Assembly (NCBI RefSeq): GCF_964204865.1 | Contig: NC_135252.1 | Location: 10,416,001-10,480,000 of the forward strand | Source of the DNA: Styela clava | Taxonomy: Eukaryota | DNA: 64,000 bases | Direction of reading: 5' to 3' | Shown here: positions 1 through 12,300 of the stretch, piece after piece | Layout of the letters: the number at the start of each line of letters is the position of its first letter | Position numbering within the stretch: the first letter of the stretch is position 1 | Program-made: the position numbers and the translations under genes | Notes under the pieces: generated by a model | Seen by the model: only the letters and a program-made list of their open reading frames with translations | The model's database searches: none | Told to the model about the DNA's origin: nothing

Positions 1-1530
1 ACTACAGGAGAACGGTATATACGTTTTCCCCTACTAAAAGCTATTCTTTTCGAATCTGTCCTTTCAATTACCGTAGACGTGAACGTGCGTACATCCATTC
101 CTCGTGTATTATTTATTGCTGAAGCGTTTTCACAGAATGGTTGAGGTGAGACAGTTTTTTGCTTTGATGACGTTTGTTGAAACATGTTGTAATCGTTCTC
201 CGGCCGTATACAGTCATCCACACTTATGTAAGGTGAATAGTTTGCAAATAATGGGTTGTTATACGATTTTAAATTGTCAGAATTATTGTAGTCATGAAAC
301 GAATGGCGATGCTTTGTTTTGCGTCCAATCCTTAACAAACTCTCCAACGACCCAGCTAGTCGCCGGAAAAATGATTTCACGCCTCTACGTTTGGTGCTTC
401 TCGGTATATTTTCTTCGTATTCCAAATATCCCGAATAGCTGTTTATGATTTGACTCCCGGCATCCTCGACTGAATTAGGTTTGACGGGAAAACCCGGTGC
501 AGCGTATTGAACACTGGCTGATCTCTGTCGAAAAACGTCATCATAGGACATTGCTCTACCCCGTGGATGACGATTTTTGTGTGTCGTAGGAAGGATGCCG
601 TTAGCCTTCGAAATGTTACCGTCTTCATTCCCTATCTTTTTTGGTATAGACGCTTCATCATTCGGCCCAGTTATAGGTCCAGTTCTAGGAACAGATTTCA
701 TTGCTACGTGCTTCCGAGATTCTCTTTTTGATCCACTACTGACTGATGATCCAGATCGTTTCAGTCGAGGTTTATTAGAGTCGTCGATTGGTACAGAATT
801 GGCATTGTTCACTTTGTTCAGTTCTATTTCAAACGGAACCATTCCTTCGTCAAATAGGATTTTTGTTGGCCGCGACTCTTGCATGCTTCCCCTGCCAAGT
901 TGATCCCGTTTCCATTTACTCAAACGCTGACCTAAAAATTGCATAAAACATGATTTTGACGATATTTCGAAATACAAATATATATTTGATCAGATTGAGG
1001 TCTAAATTTGGTGATAACTGAATAGCAAATTAGAGAAAAGCTACACAAATCAGCTAGTTATGTTGCAAATGTCGATAAGGTTTCGTTTTCATGTAAAATG
1101 GTTTCATTCTCAAATATTCACGTTATTCGAACAATAAAGCAGTGTTTGTATCGGGATTTCGGGTCAATAGGAATAGATCGTCTTCATCATAATATGTTGT
1201 TTTAACTGTCGGTAGTAAATTATGTTTAACACACACAAATTTCGCCCCTGGAAAGAAATAAGCACCTATCCAATGCAAACCAAGTAATATTATTACGTGA
1301 TCATTGTACAAATTCTGCTTAAGATCGAACTTGTATTTTTATAAAAGCTTTCATTTACATTTATATTAATGAGTATCAAAAGTACCTGCATATGCTTCTT
1401 TTAAAGAGGTATGCTTCCGCACTTGATGTTCGTTAACTCTTGGCCGCCTTGATACAGGTCTTCGCATTATTGCTGGTCTTTGACGCCATGCTTCTGTGGA
1501 ACCATCCAACTGAATACCTATCTCCGACAT
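1..1530 (-). CDS. Unidentified protein, 5' part of a spliced gene (continues beyond the left edge); basic, Ser/Arg-rich, probably disordered N-terminal region
   Basis: Exon 1530-1386 (ATG at 1530, MSEIGIQLDGSTEAWRQRPAIMRR...AYA, phase-1 GT donor) joins in frame via tttttag acceptor to exon 931-1. That exon stays open for all 931 nt to the window edge (GQRLSKWKRDQLGRGSMQESRPTKILFDEG...RGRAMSYDDVFRQRSASVQ...KSFFRRLAGSLESLLR...). It is missing from the ORF track because it has no stop inside the window. No recognisable domain. Confidence 0.8.
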
Positions 1531-1594
1531 TTTGGGTATTATCTACCTTATTAATTAAATGAAATAGGAAAGATCATCATTTCCAACTGAATAA

Positions 1595-1617
1595 ATATAT
1601 ATATATATATATATATA
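1595..1617. repeat. (AT)n microsatellite
   Basis: Direct reading; similar (AT)n tracts lie at ~24234-24257, ~27048-27065 and ~48624-48646. Confidence 0.9.
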
Positions 1618-3039
1618 AGGAATTATACATTCTGTAAATTACAACTACTGTGAGATATGTGTATCGGATACAATATACATTGGTGATTCCCATTAATAAA
1701 CTTAGTGTGTAAAGTGTTCTCATAACAGAAACAAAGTACCGTATAGTAATCAGTAGTTTATTTTCTCGCCATACTGAAAGCACACTTGATATACAAATTG
1801 CAATAAATAATTAAAAAGCATTTCAGGGAGAGGGGAGCCCCTGAAACCAAATTTGGTTATCAAGCAGCGGCACCCATGAGTAAGTCTAACAAGACAATAA
1901 TAACAAAAAGTCGAACTGTACATGTTATTTGGAAAAAACAATAAATACGTCAAGGCATGCCAACCTGGTATGCCCAGTAGTCTTGCGTTTCAACAACAAC
2001 AAAAAACGACTTCGTGCACCAACAATCTAAGTAACCATGACGACAGCTGTATTGAGGCAAAGTCACAATGATAGTATTTAACCCAAATTATTTTAGTTTT
2101 ACACTGTTTTGCAAAATGCAGATCCCAGAGTACTAAACGACTTGCAAGTAATTGATCCTCTGACTTTTTCAACAAAAACAAACTCTGCTGTTCTAAAAGT
2201 TGTATGCTCTCCTAAAGTACTCTCGTTCTTAAATAAATGAATTGCGGTATAAAATTATTGTCGTTCTAAATATTCAATTCGTCCCTTATTCAATTCGTTA
2301 TAGTTATATAAATAAACCTTAGCCACAATGAAAAAAGAGAGTGAATCCCTAAGGTTGTATCTTGAAATTTCAGTCAGTATGGTGGTATGTTGTACACATC
2401 ATAAAATATTCAACGTGACGTGCTTCAGGCTATACAATCAATAGCTTCAATTGTCTCTGCATTGAGCAGATGAATAAGGCTGTAGAAATGAAACACGACC
2501 TGGACACATAGCGCGGGACAAAAGTTTTGATGGAAAACAAAACAAAGAAAATGTATTATGTTTGTTGAAATATGTACGCATTGTTTTGTTTTCATTTTAC
2601 AAAAGTGATGGTATAGTCAAAAGTATAAATGCAATTTGGTCGTGGGAGAAATATTTCAAATTTTGTAGTCTTGACTCATTATGACATTGAATAGAAAGAA
2701 TTCCAAATGATGTTAAAGAGAATTGAAGTCACAGACATGTTAACAATCTCACGTATTTGTGTACTGCAAACAGTGTATTAAATACCACAAATAGTTTTAA
2801 TATCTATCATAGTTGCCGAGGTTTTCATCTTTTTTTTGACGACTAAAATTAATGTGTGGCGTCGTGCCGTATAGTCTGATTTTATCAATAGAACATTCAT
2901 GTCGGCAAAACATCAATAGAATCAATCCCATTCCTTTATTTTATCTTATGACGTCATGATGGCAAGCATGTGTGATAGGATAATGGCGGATCTTAACACA
3001 ATTTATAACTTCAGGCGACTTTTTGGGCGTGTTTTACTA

Positions 3040-3450
3040 GAGAGAGTGAGTTCATTTGTTTAGTCCACCAGAAAACATATACACAACAAAAACATAATTA
3101 ATAAAAAGCGAAACAGTTCTCGGTATAGACTGGGTGGCAACGATACGACCATGCGGTCATCGGAGATTGTTACCATCCAATATTAATATCAATAAACATG
3201 AACCAAAAATGCTTCAGATATATTTTAACATATTTTAGATGTGTCCAAAAACAACATTAAGTTTCCGTGGAAAGAAAGAAAAATTAATAAAATATTTGCA
3301 TATACACAATAGGCAATAACATAAAGGCGTTTAAAGTTAAATAGAATTTCGGACATGTTACACACTTGATCAAGTGTGGTATTGGTCAAATTTTACATGA
3401 ATATGTATTTTTGAGTAAATGGATGCATCAATTGTGTACTACTTGCATTT
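3040..3450 (-). mobile_element. Possible decayed 3' end of a CR1/L2-type non-LTR retroelement
   Basis: The minus strand shows a degenerate RT C-terminus-like stretch (..IPHLIKCVTCPKF..FKRL), then a GC-richer hairpin-prone segment (3121-3180) and an aatgaactcactctct tail. Pattern resemblance only. Confidence 0.25.
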
Positions 3451-4324
3451 GTATACTAATTCAAATTGCAAATTTGTTGGCTTAACTCTTTATTAAGGCT
3501 CGAACTCACATTGCTAAACAAGCTTCATTTACATATACAGTCGGAGGCAAACATAGCCTCAGCCCCAGCTCAATTTTCCTATACCTGATTACACACAAAA
3601 ACATACAAATAAGTACCATATGATCGTCAATCGTTGATGCAATATAACAAACCAGTATCTAATGGCGACAATGAAGTCACAACTCATTTCGTACATGTGA
3701 CTCTGAATGTAACTTGTCAAATTTCTGAAAACTGTGTTCGATATTACGCTCTAAAATATTGAATATGCCTTGTACAGACCACCAGTGCGTATAGCTCTTT
3801 GAACAGCCCATAATGACAGTTAAACGGTCATCTTTGGATATGAATTTATACTATATTCCATATGAGAGCAAATTATTATTGGCTGTAATTTCCGTTTGTC
3901 TAATATGACTCATTTTCATATCAAGTTTATTAGCATTGCACTATCAAAATCAGCGTTGATAATATACTATGTAATGCTGACTTAGGGGTATGTGATTGTG
4001 GCGTTATTGGACATGACGCAATTATAACAGATTTAACAGGCTAGAACAGAAAAATTAGCGGAAATGGGTGCAGGACAGATAAATTAGTATAAAATTCTGG
4101 TGTATTAGTATAAAATATTGTGCGAGTCTAATGTACGTTACGGTATCGAAAAACTTCCCCGTAGCACGAGTTCGAAAAAGAAAATTGATGCACATCCTTG
4201 AGGTGGACCTTCACGCTTGGCAAAATAACATCGGTGTTCCCATGAATACAATATTGGATGAAATATAAGATCTCATAGGATTCATAGGAAATTCGGAAAA
4301 CTAATAGCCTTCTAGTGACGAGAA

Positions 4325-4470
4325 AAATCTTCAACCATTGAATTTCAACGCAATTGACCCAGTAGTTGAGAAAGGTGATTTTTTTACAACAACAACAGCA
4401 AGAATACTAACAACAACAACAAGATAATAATAATAATACAAGATCTATAGGTCCACTTCGTGCCCGAAAA
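4325..4470 (+). mobile_element. Fragment of the Helentron/DINE-1-like repeat family also arrayed at 52131-53996
   Basis: Shares the core atcttcaaccattgaatttcaacgcaattgacccagtagt (cf. catctttaacccctgaaaattttgaagaaattggtccaattat), a (CAA)n tract and the 3' end gatc..gtccacttcgtgcccg (cf. gatcgttatgtccactgacgtgtcca). Confidence 0.45.
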
Positions 4471-6039
4471 GCAGACCTTCAATTGTAATTGCAGAGTGAT
4501 AGCGCCCCTTCCTATAGCGATCCTTCACAATTTAGTCATGCCAGTTATATAATTTGAAGTAAATCGTAAGCTACTTTCAATGCGATTGGTTGTAGCTTAT
4601 TGTCTAGCAGATTTTAATACAGATTGCTTTGTAATTTTATAATACCAATAGAAACTATGTTGCTTTTTGCACCATCGCACTCTATATGATATAATAAACC
4701 ATTAGTATAGAATTGTTTTCTGATATTTTTTAGGGGTTTGACATAAATATACATTTGTTTATTTACATAACGCTTCATCTCTTCATTCGCAATTTTACGC
4801 ATACCGGGGTGGTGATAGAAATATGAAAGCTTATATAACGAGGGAACAAATAAAATTTAAACATTCCCGTTTTCTGTAACTTTTTAGATATATATATTTG
4901 GACAGCCCCGTGGTATGAGTGTTTCTAAACATCGTTTACATATTGCACTTAATATTGCAAGAGTTGTCAGTTATACCAGCTTCATCGTGTGCGATGTCGA
5001 GATGAACATCTGTGATGAAGTGGTCGCCCTATAACACTAACCAGCACTCATCATTAACCCTTTAAGACTAGTGATTAACTTGTTGATATTAGCTGACATA
5101 TGTATGAAAATATCGAGATTGAGAACTTTATTCACACTAGATTTCACGTAATATACACAAGTAGGAAATTTTATTATTGAGTATATATAATAGTAAGCAA
5201 ATGTGCGAATCGCGTGTTCCCTTTAAAAGTCTTGTAATAAACAGTATGGAAGGCCACGTCTCAAACAATCTGTATCTATGTTTAACCCTCAACACCGAAA
5301 GGGTATTTCTATCGTTTTCATGAGCATTAGAGTGACTGTGAATTGCCGGCGTGATTTATGCTGTAGTTTTACAGTATAGCCCTTCACCGCGACTATGATA
5401 TTCGGTTGATCGACCGATTCTGAATTATAGGCAACGATTTATTCAAGTGACTTGTTCAAACAACTAGATCCTGTTTCTTAAAAATACAAATGCTACGTGG
5501 CAACGGCTTGTTATAGTTTTTGTTGCGATTTCATTTTAACAATATTCGAAAACTTCGGGGGTCACAGGTGGTAGGACTAAGATGTATGCTACTTGTACAC
5601 GTAGCCCGTGCTGACCACGCTACGTTGTGTACCTGTGCTGGTTTGTGTAGTTATTATTTAACGTGTGGAGGAATTTAATGCGAATATTATGTCGACAAAT
5701 AGAAGGCGAGAGTATGTAAATAACTGGATTCGGAAGGAATTGCTTACTCGTTACTACCACACGCTCCATTGTCGTTCGTTGACGCGAAACACGGTTTTGT
5801 GTACATTGTATTCCCCATGTCGAATATTACCCGTAGCCATCAAAGTTTGCTGAAAATAATTTAGATTCGACTAGATGCCTATATTCACGTTGTATACGAG
5901 AAAAGTATTTCTATTTTTCTCGTATGGTCCTCCAAATATGCCGGAGTCGTTTTTTTTATGATAAGCTTTCACATCTCCACTCAGGTGGTATTTACTGTGT
6001 ATTTTGCAATTGTTACGTAAGAATATAATATTTTCAAAA

Positions 6040-6166
6040 AGGCAGGAAGCTCACGGTCGTTGATTACCAAATTTAATACACTACGGATAAGGTAGTGGGT
6101 GTGAGGAGTTTGAACGCGAGATTATTTCCAACTTGAACGATTGAGCGTTCTAACCACCAGGCAATC
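6040..6166 (-). mobile_element. Degenerate tRNA-derived SINE head upstream of Musashi
   Basis: The minus strand reads ..cctggtggttagaacgctc..(~30 nt)..gcgttcaaactcc.., i.e. Pol III A-box and B-box-like motifs at tRNA spacing. No complete cloverleaf. Confidence 0.3.
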
Positions 6167-6387
6167 GTACTAACGTACCTTCGACATATGTTTAAAAAAA
6201 ACTAATATTTCACTAACAATTGGCCTAAATGCTTCTTTAAATACTAAGTGACATTGGGTAATATACAATATAAGCGCCTGTTCGTGTGTGGTTGGTGATC
6301 ATTATTTCCTTTATTAGAACTCGATGTTCTATTCCTGTTTTATCACAACAGATTTAGTATCTTTATTAGATTAGCTGATTAGCTTAG

Positions 6388-9300
6388 ATGGATCAAGAAT
6401 CAAATGTAGGAGTGCAAGAACATGGCATTGATGAGACTCCTGATCCTGGGTATGACTATCTTTAAAGTACAACATTCTTACATTATGTTTTACGAAAATT
6501 TATTTGTAATTGTGGTTTCTTTTTTCAGGAAAATGTTCGTTGGTGGATTGAATATTCAAACGACAGCAGGTATGAAATAATCTCTACATTTTTATGCCAA
6601 AATGTGAATACTTACGAAATACGATACTCTTTTTATGTTACCACTAGAGGGACTTAAAGAGTACTTTAGCAAGTTTGGAGAAGTTGCCGACACAATCGTA
6701 ATGAAAGATCCTATAACAACTAGTTCAAGGTTAGTAGAGTTACCTAATTTTTTAGGATATCTTTTAGAAATGATCAGATAAAGACAGAATTATCATAGAA
6801 TTGGTAGTTGTAGATGGTGTTCTTCTCCACCTCGAGATGGCCCCAGAGAGTCGAATTTCTAGAAAACAGCCGTGTACCTTTTAACTCCAAATCTTTCAGC
6901 ATCATAAAATAACTAATTATATTAATAAAAGAAAAAAAATCTGCTATTTGCTATCTTGTGATAGTGCACTTGCGCCTTGAAGTTGATAAACACATAGTCA
7001 CACAAGTAATTATGCACAGATAAATTGCAGACAAGTATTGAATTTTACAGTACCACACATGTTCAGTGATTACTTTCAGAAATACGCTTTAATGCATTTT
7101 GAAGATAAGCGCGTATAGTCCGGATGTTTTATGAGATTACGCGACCCTTCAAAATTTCTGCTTCTCGAAACATGAATCTCCAATCCAATCACCCAGCTGT
7201 AGGCATTTAGGCCATAGACATATTAGCACTGTATTAAACATGCATTTTTCCTAGGTTGTTACTAATTTTGGCAAGTAGCGAATTATTTTGTGTACTCTGG
7301 CGTTACTAATAGTTTCACGCAGGTACGAAATGTTTTTTCGAATGATATCACAAATTTTGACCCACCTGGTGGCCAGAATGACTTTATTGGAAATCCTCGA
7401 GCTTGCAATTATTAATTTTTCCATCAGCCCCTTTAATACCGTCGCTGATAGAATTGGCAAACTTCACAAATATTAACATTTTATAAAATCTTTAAGCAAA
7501 CCTGAAACTTGAACGCCGTTACAAAATCATAGTTTTTAGGTTATTGAAAGTGATCCTTGAAACTTTCAATCAATACATTTTTTAGTACAGTTACGTGAGC
7601 AATATAAAGCGTATGTTCATCATCTCAGATTTGTATGTCGATATGATCTTTTTGGCTCAGATTCGAATAGAACAACAGTTTGGTCCGAACGAGCAATAGC
7701 GCTACGTGATTGATACAATGACATTAATTTTGTTACAGTTATACAACTTGAATTTGTTTTGCATAGTAACATTTCAGCACCACGTCACGGAACAAACATT
7801 ATGAACAATTAAATAAAAATCGCAGCAAAACCTGGTGAGATTTTGCATAAAAATTCATTTCTTGGAAGGGAAACTGTAGTTGTAGTTTAGAAAACTAGAA
7901 CCGAGCAGATAGCAACTGCTTTGGAATTGCATGTTCTAATTTGTGTTTGTAAGTAATTTTACTTTGTTTATCCATCATCATAACTATCTGCTGACAATTA
8001 TCAATGAAGACGTGTTGTTTTTTCGCCGTATCACAGAGGATTCGGTTTCGTCACATTTCAAGACCCAAAAAGTGTTGAAAAAGTCTTGGAGAGCAGTCCA
8101 CACGGCCTTGATCAGAAAACGGTAAGTTTATGGATTCTGCATGTTATGGATAAAATGTAATCGGAGATAATTATAATCGAACTATATCAAAGGGGCTCTT
8201 TACATTAAATATATAAAAAAATATTTTATTGCTTCCATAAAAAAGACAATACAAAAATAAATTTACAATGCAATTTAAGAAAGCATTGTTTTATATATAT
8301 ACAGGTTTGGTTGTGACGAGATTATATTTTATGCCATTTATATCTGTATTTAGATTGATCCAAAGGTCGCAGTTCCAAAAAGAAAGCAATCAAAGGTAAG
8401 CCCGGTCGCGTTTTTCAAGTTTCGAATCGGTCGTCTTCACTTCGTTATCTCATTATCAAAAGTAATTTGGTAACTTAACAAAATACAAAAAAAATATATA
8501 CTTCGGATAAAAATTGCGAGTTTACATACCATGTTAGGAAAATAATGAGTATCCGTTAGGGCTGGGCATTTTCGAATGGCTTGTGATTTCAGAATCGAAT
8601 CGAATATTTTTTTCGAATCGAATCTCGAATACTTGGGATATATAATTGTAAGCGACATTTTATTGTAATTGATCCTCTCAAAAAATGAATTACTAAAGAC
8701 ATAGAATACTTCTCTCAGATATATTACTGAGCGTTCACACACAATATCACTTTTTATTAATAACTCACTACAGAAAATACTCATATGTCAGAATTGCCTT
8801 GAAAAAATATGGGTTCCATGAAAAAAAATTTAGAGAATTCACCGCGATCATTGGCGGAAAGAAAAAAACAAGATGGCGGCGATTCGAAATTTGGCTCTGA
8901 ACCGATTCGAATAACTTACTATTACTATTACTAAAATGCCCAGCCCTGGTATCCGTCCGTTTTGGGACCGATTTGATTATGAGCTCAAGATATAAAGCAC
9001 CGGATTTACAGAAATGGAGCAGGTGGCAACATACAAACGACCATATCTCATGCTCCTTGAATTTCGAGTTTTAATTTCTGCAAATTTTCGCTTAGTGTTT
9101 TCTCTCTCATTTTTTGCAATTACGTGTCTGTGGGTTTAGGTTAGGCGGAGTCCACGTGTATACTCCGTCGAGCAGATACGACTTTTTTATTATTTGAGGT
9201 TATTTCATTGTTTGCTGTTCACTAAAAACTACCAAAAAGTCATTTACCATGAAGTCGCCCCGCCCCGCTCTACCAATACAAAACCGTGCCCGGATTTGCG

Positions 9301-12300
9301 CGCACAAACTGAAAAATGGTATTGGCAAAAGCAACTGTCTGTTTTTCAAAAGTTCTATGTGAATGCTATGAGAAATAGGTCACCAAACAGAAGTACAGTT
9401 ACAGTTAAATAAGTAAATATCTGGTGCATATAAAGTATTGAAACTAGGCGTCCCGTTACAGCCAATTTGTGACTATCGATCAATAGACGGATCGTTTGCG
9501 ATAATATTATAAGCAGATGAATATTACATAATTGGAAGTGCAAAATCGCTTATTACGTTTTTATAAGTATTATTGGTAGTTTTTTAGATTAGGTTTTTTG
9601 TTCAAGCATAAAAATCGATTCGGGGTTCGATTCGCAGAAACGTGGAACAAAAGATTAAATTAAGTTTCGACGCAAGTTTTTACTGTCATACTGCCCTATC
9701 ATCTTTGAATAAATTTGTTCAGGCGGGCGGTGCCTCCAAGTTTAACTATTAAGCCGTTATCTTCACAATAAAATTCAAAATACGGTATTTGCATAGCATG
9801 GTTACATTCATACGGCGTGACTTATTCCTTGAGTTTAAAACTATTCTACAGCTTTCACTAGCATAATTATTTTTAAAACCTAAATCCTGCCAATGTACGC
9901 GTGTCTATCTAATACGTTGATTTAAGCATTAATTACTTGTGTTTGTGAGTTAATTTCGTGCCGCGTTTGATATAACTGCTTGAACCTTCAATTATCGAGT
10001 TAATTTTGGACACGCCAGGTAAATTAGGCGCGTTAGGAAAGTATACGGTTTCCCCAACTTGAACATATTATCACATTTTATTATTAGCGAGGTTAGCTTT
10101 TATAACTGCCGAGCATGATTGCATTATAATTCAAGATATTGGTGAAGTCACTTATTCAATGACGTTTTACTAAAATCGCGATAGACTCGACCGCAGTTTG
10201 CCTTTCATTTCATATCCAGCGAGACCAAACAAAGCAACGATATTACTTTCTTCGTCCATTGAATTTAACTGCTCACGCGTCAGTTGAAAGCTTCGACACA
10301 CAATAGAGATTCCTAGTTCTATTCATGCTAGCACGCCAGCGCTATTGTACACAGTCCACTCCAACGGTACTTCTACCCTATGAAAAGGAGTGTAGTGTGT
10401 AGTTTTAGAGGAATCGAGTGAAAGTTAGGAATATGTGCGCCGGACGGTTAGAATGGCATTCTTGAAGTAAGATATAAGCTAATCGGTACGAATGGAAAGA
10501 ATATAGGTTGAGAAAATCGCGAGTTTTTTCTTAGTCATGAACAGATATAGGTAGAAATTACTCGTTATAGGTTAATTGTAATTTATTGCTTACCTATATT
10601 TCTTTTACATCAATAGATAAAATTTTTAAGACTCATGCTTTCAATTTTAGAAACGTGGATGTCGCGCGTAAAATATTTTATATCTGAATTTCGGTTGATA
10701 TTTCAGCATTGCGAAAGTATATTCCTCTATGCACGTATTATTTGAGATTATGAATGGTAAACTTATAGATAACTATCTACATAGCATGTATTCTATTTTT
10801 CATTCACCACCCCACCTTAATGGTAAATGTTTATAACAATGACGCATGACAGCGAATTTATTACATTCTCCTTATTTTAGGATACATGTTTTTAAACCGT
10901 GTAAATGCTCATTTCGGTAGTTAACATATAAAAAGTAGTGTCAAGAACGTCTATTTGTTATATGGAAATGAAACCACATGGCATGGGCGTGCGAGGGCAT
11001 TTACTTTAGCGAAATAGAATCTGTTGGAGTTATGATAAAACGTTGCTTGCTTAACAAACAAGACGTGTCTATGTGTACAGAATTCCACTCGTAATTCATC
11101 TCAGATTTAGTTTATGCTGCATTATTACTGTGTTTTACTTGTTCAAGGCTAAACAATGTGTAAGAAACACCCATCACCCATCAATGGCCTAAGATTACAG
11201 TGAAATGTCGTAACTTAAAACGGGACCTACCTATTTTACAGGTCATTGTAATATCGTGTCGTACGTAATATAGCATTTAATGGTAGCGTAGAATTGTATT
11301 GTAGTCTTTTATATTGATTCCTATTATTTCGCTTCATTGCTCTCGTTGAAAAGCTCTGCGATTTCGACGGTTTGTCCACAGACCCGTATAACAACATCGA
11401 AAACACGAAACCTAAAGTCTTCGACACGAAATTTGAAGAATGGTATGCACGATTACAATAGATTTATTTTTTGTATTATCAAATGACGTTTCATAGATCT
11501 ACATCACATCAATTGCATGTTGATTGAACCTAATATCATACCTGGTCAAGTGTCTGAATTTAAACTATTCAATAAGAAATAAGGTTTGTGAGTATCAACT
11601 TCGTGATAATGGACGGATTAGGCTATACTGGTTTATGGTAATGATCGTGATCCCCATGTACGCGTGGGCTTTGTGGATCACCAGAATTCACATTACTTAT
11701 TTCGCTTTATCCAAGCATGAAAAAGTTGATAAAACACCACAATTTTCGTACGTTGGTGTGAATGAAACAATAGCTCAAAACGTTATAAATGTAGCGGTAT
11801 AATCGACAACAATTTTAAAATAAAACTCTCGACGCTCGAGATAACAATCCATAATTTAGTGAGCGGATCTAATTATTTAAAATACCTGTAATTATAAATG
11901 GATAATTTGTACAGACTCACACTAACAAGCCATTTCGACGGCAGTTATAGTTTAAATTATGTTTTATGGTTTTATGTTACCAAATGCATAGCAAAAATAT
12001 ATACCGCGACCTCCCTATATTCAAACTTTTTTGACCCAATGTCATCCCTTGTGAGGCACTATTCAAATTTTCAGGTTATCGTTTGGAGAAAATTCATGGA
12101 AGTATATTTTGATATATTCGTATATTTTAGTAGCAAACCCAGGTTGCCCAATTTTGTGTTCCGTTCCATTTGAATAAAACTAAATGTCCGGTTGGGTGAA
12201 AACTTCCGACGTTTAATAAAATATTTCCGTGGGCGGAAACTCAAGGATTTCATGTTATTTTTTCTCCTTTCTTTGTCGTTAAGGTTGATGTACTTTCGGC

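Noticed and set aside
104-903. ORF-track entries 104..448 (+), 577..903 (+) and 443..628 (-)
   Set aside because: Antisense or off-frame shadows of the long minus-strand exon 931-1.
9620-9640. GGTTCGATTCG B-box-like motif suggesting a tRNA
   Set aside because: No acceptor stem, A box or cloverleaf around it.
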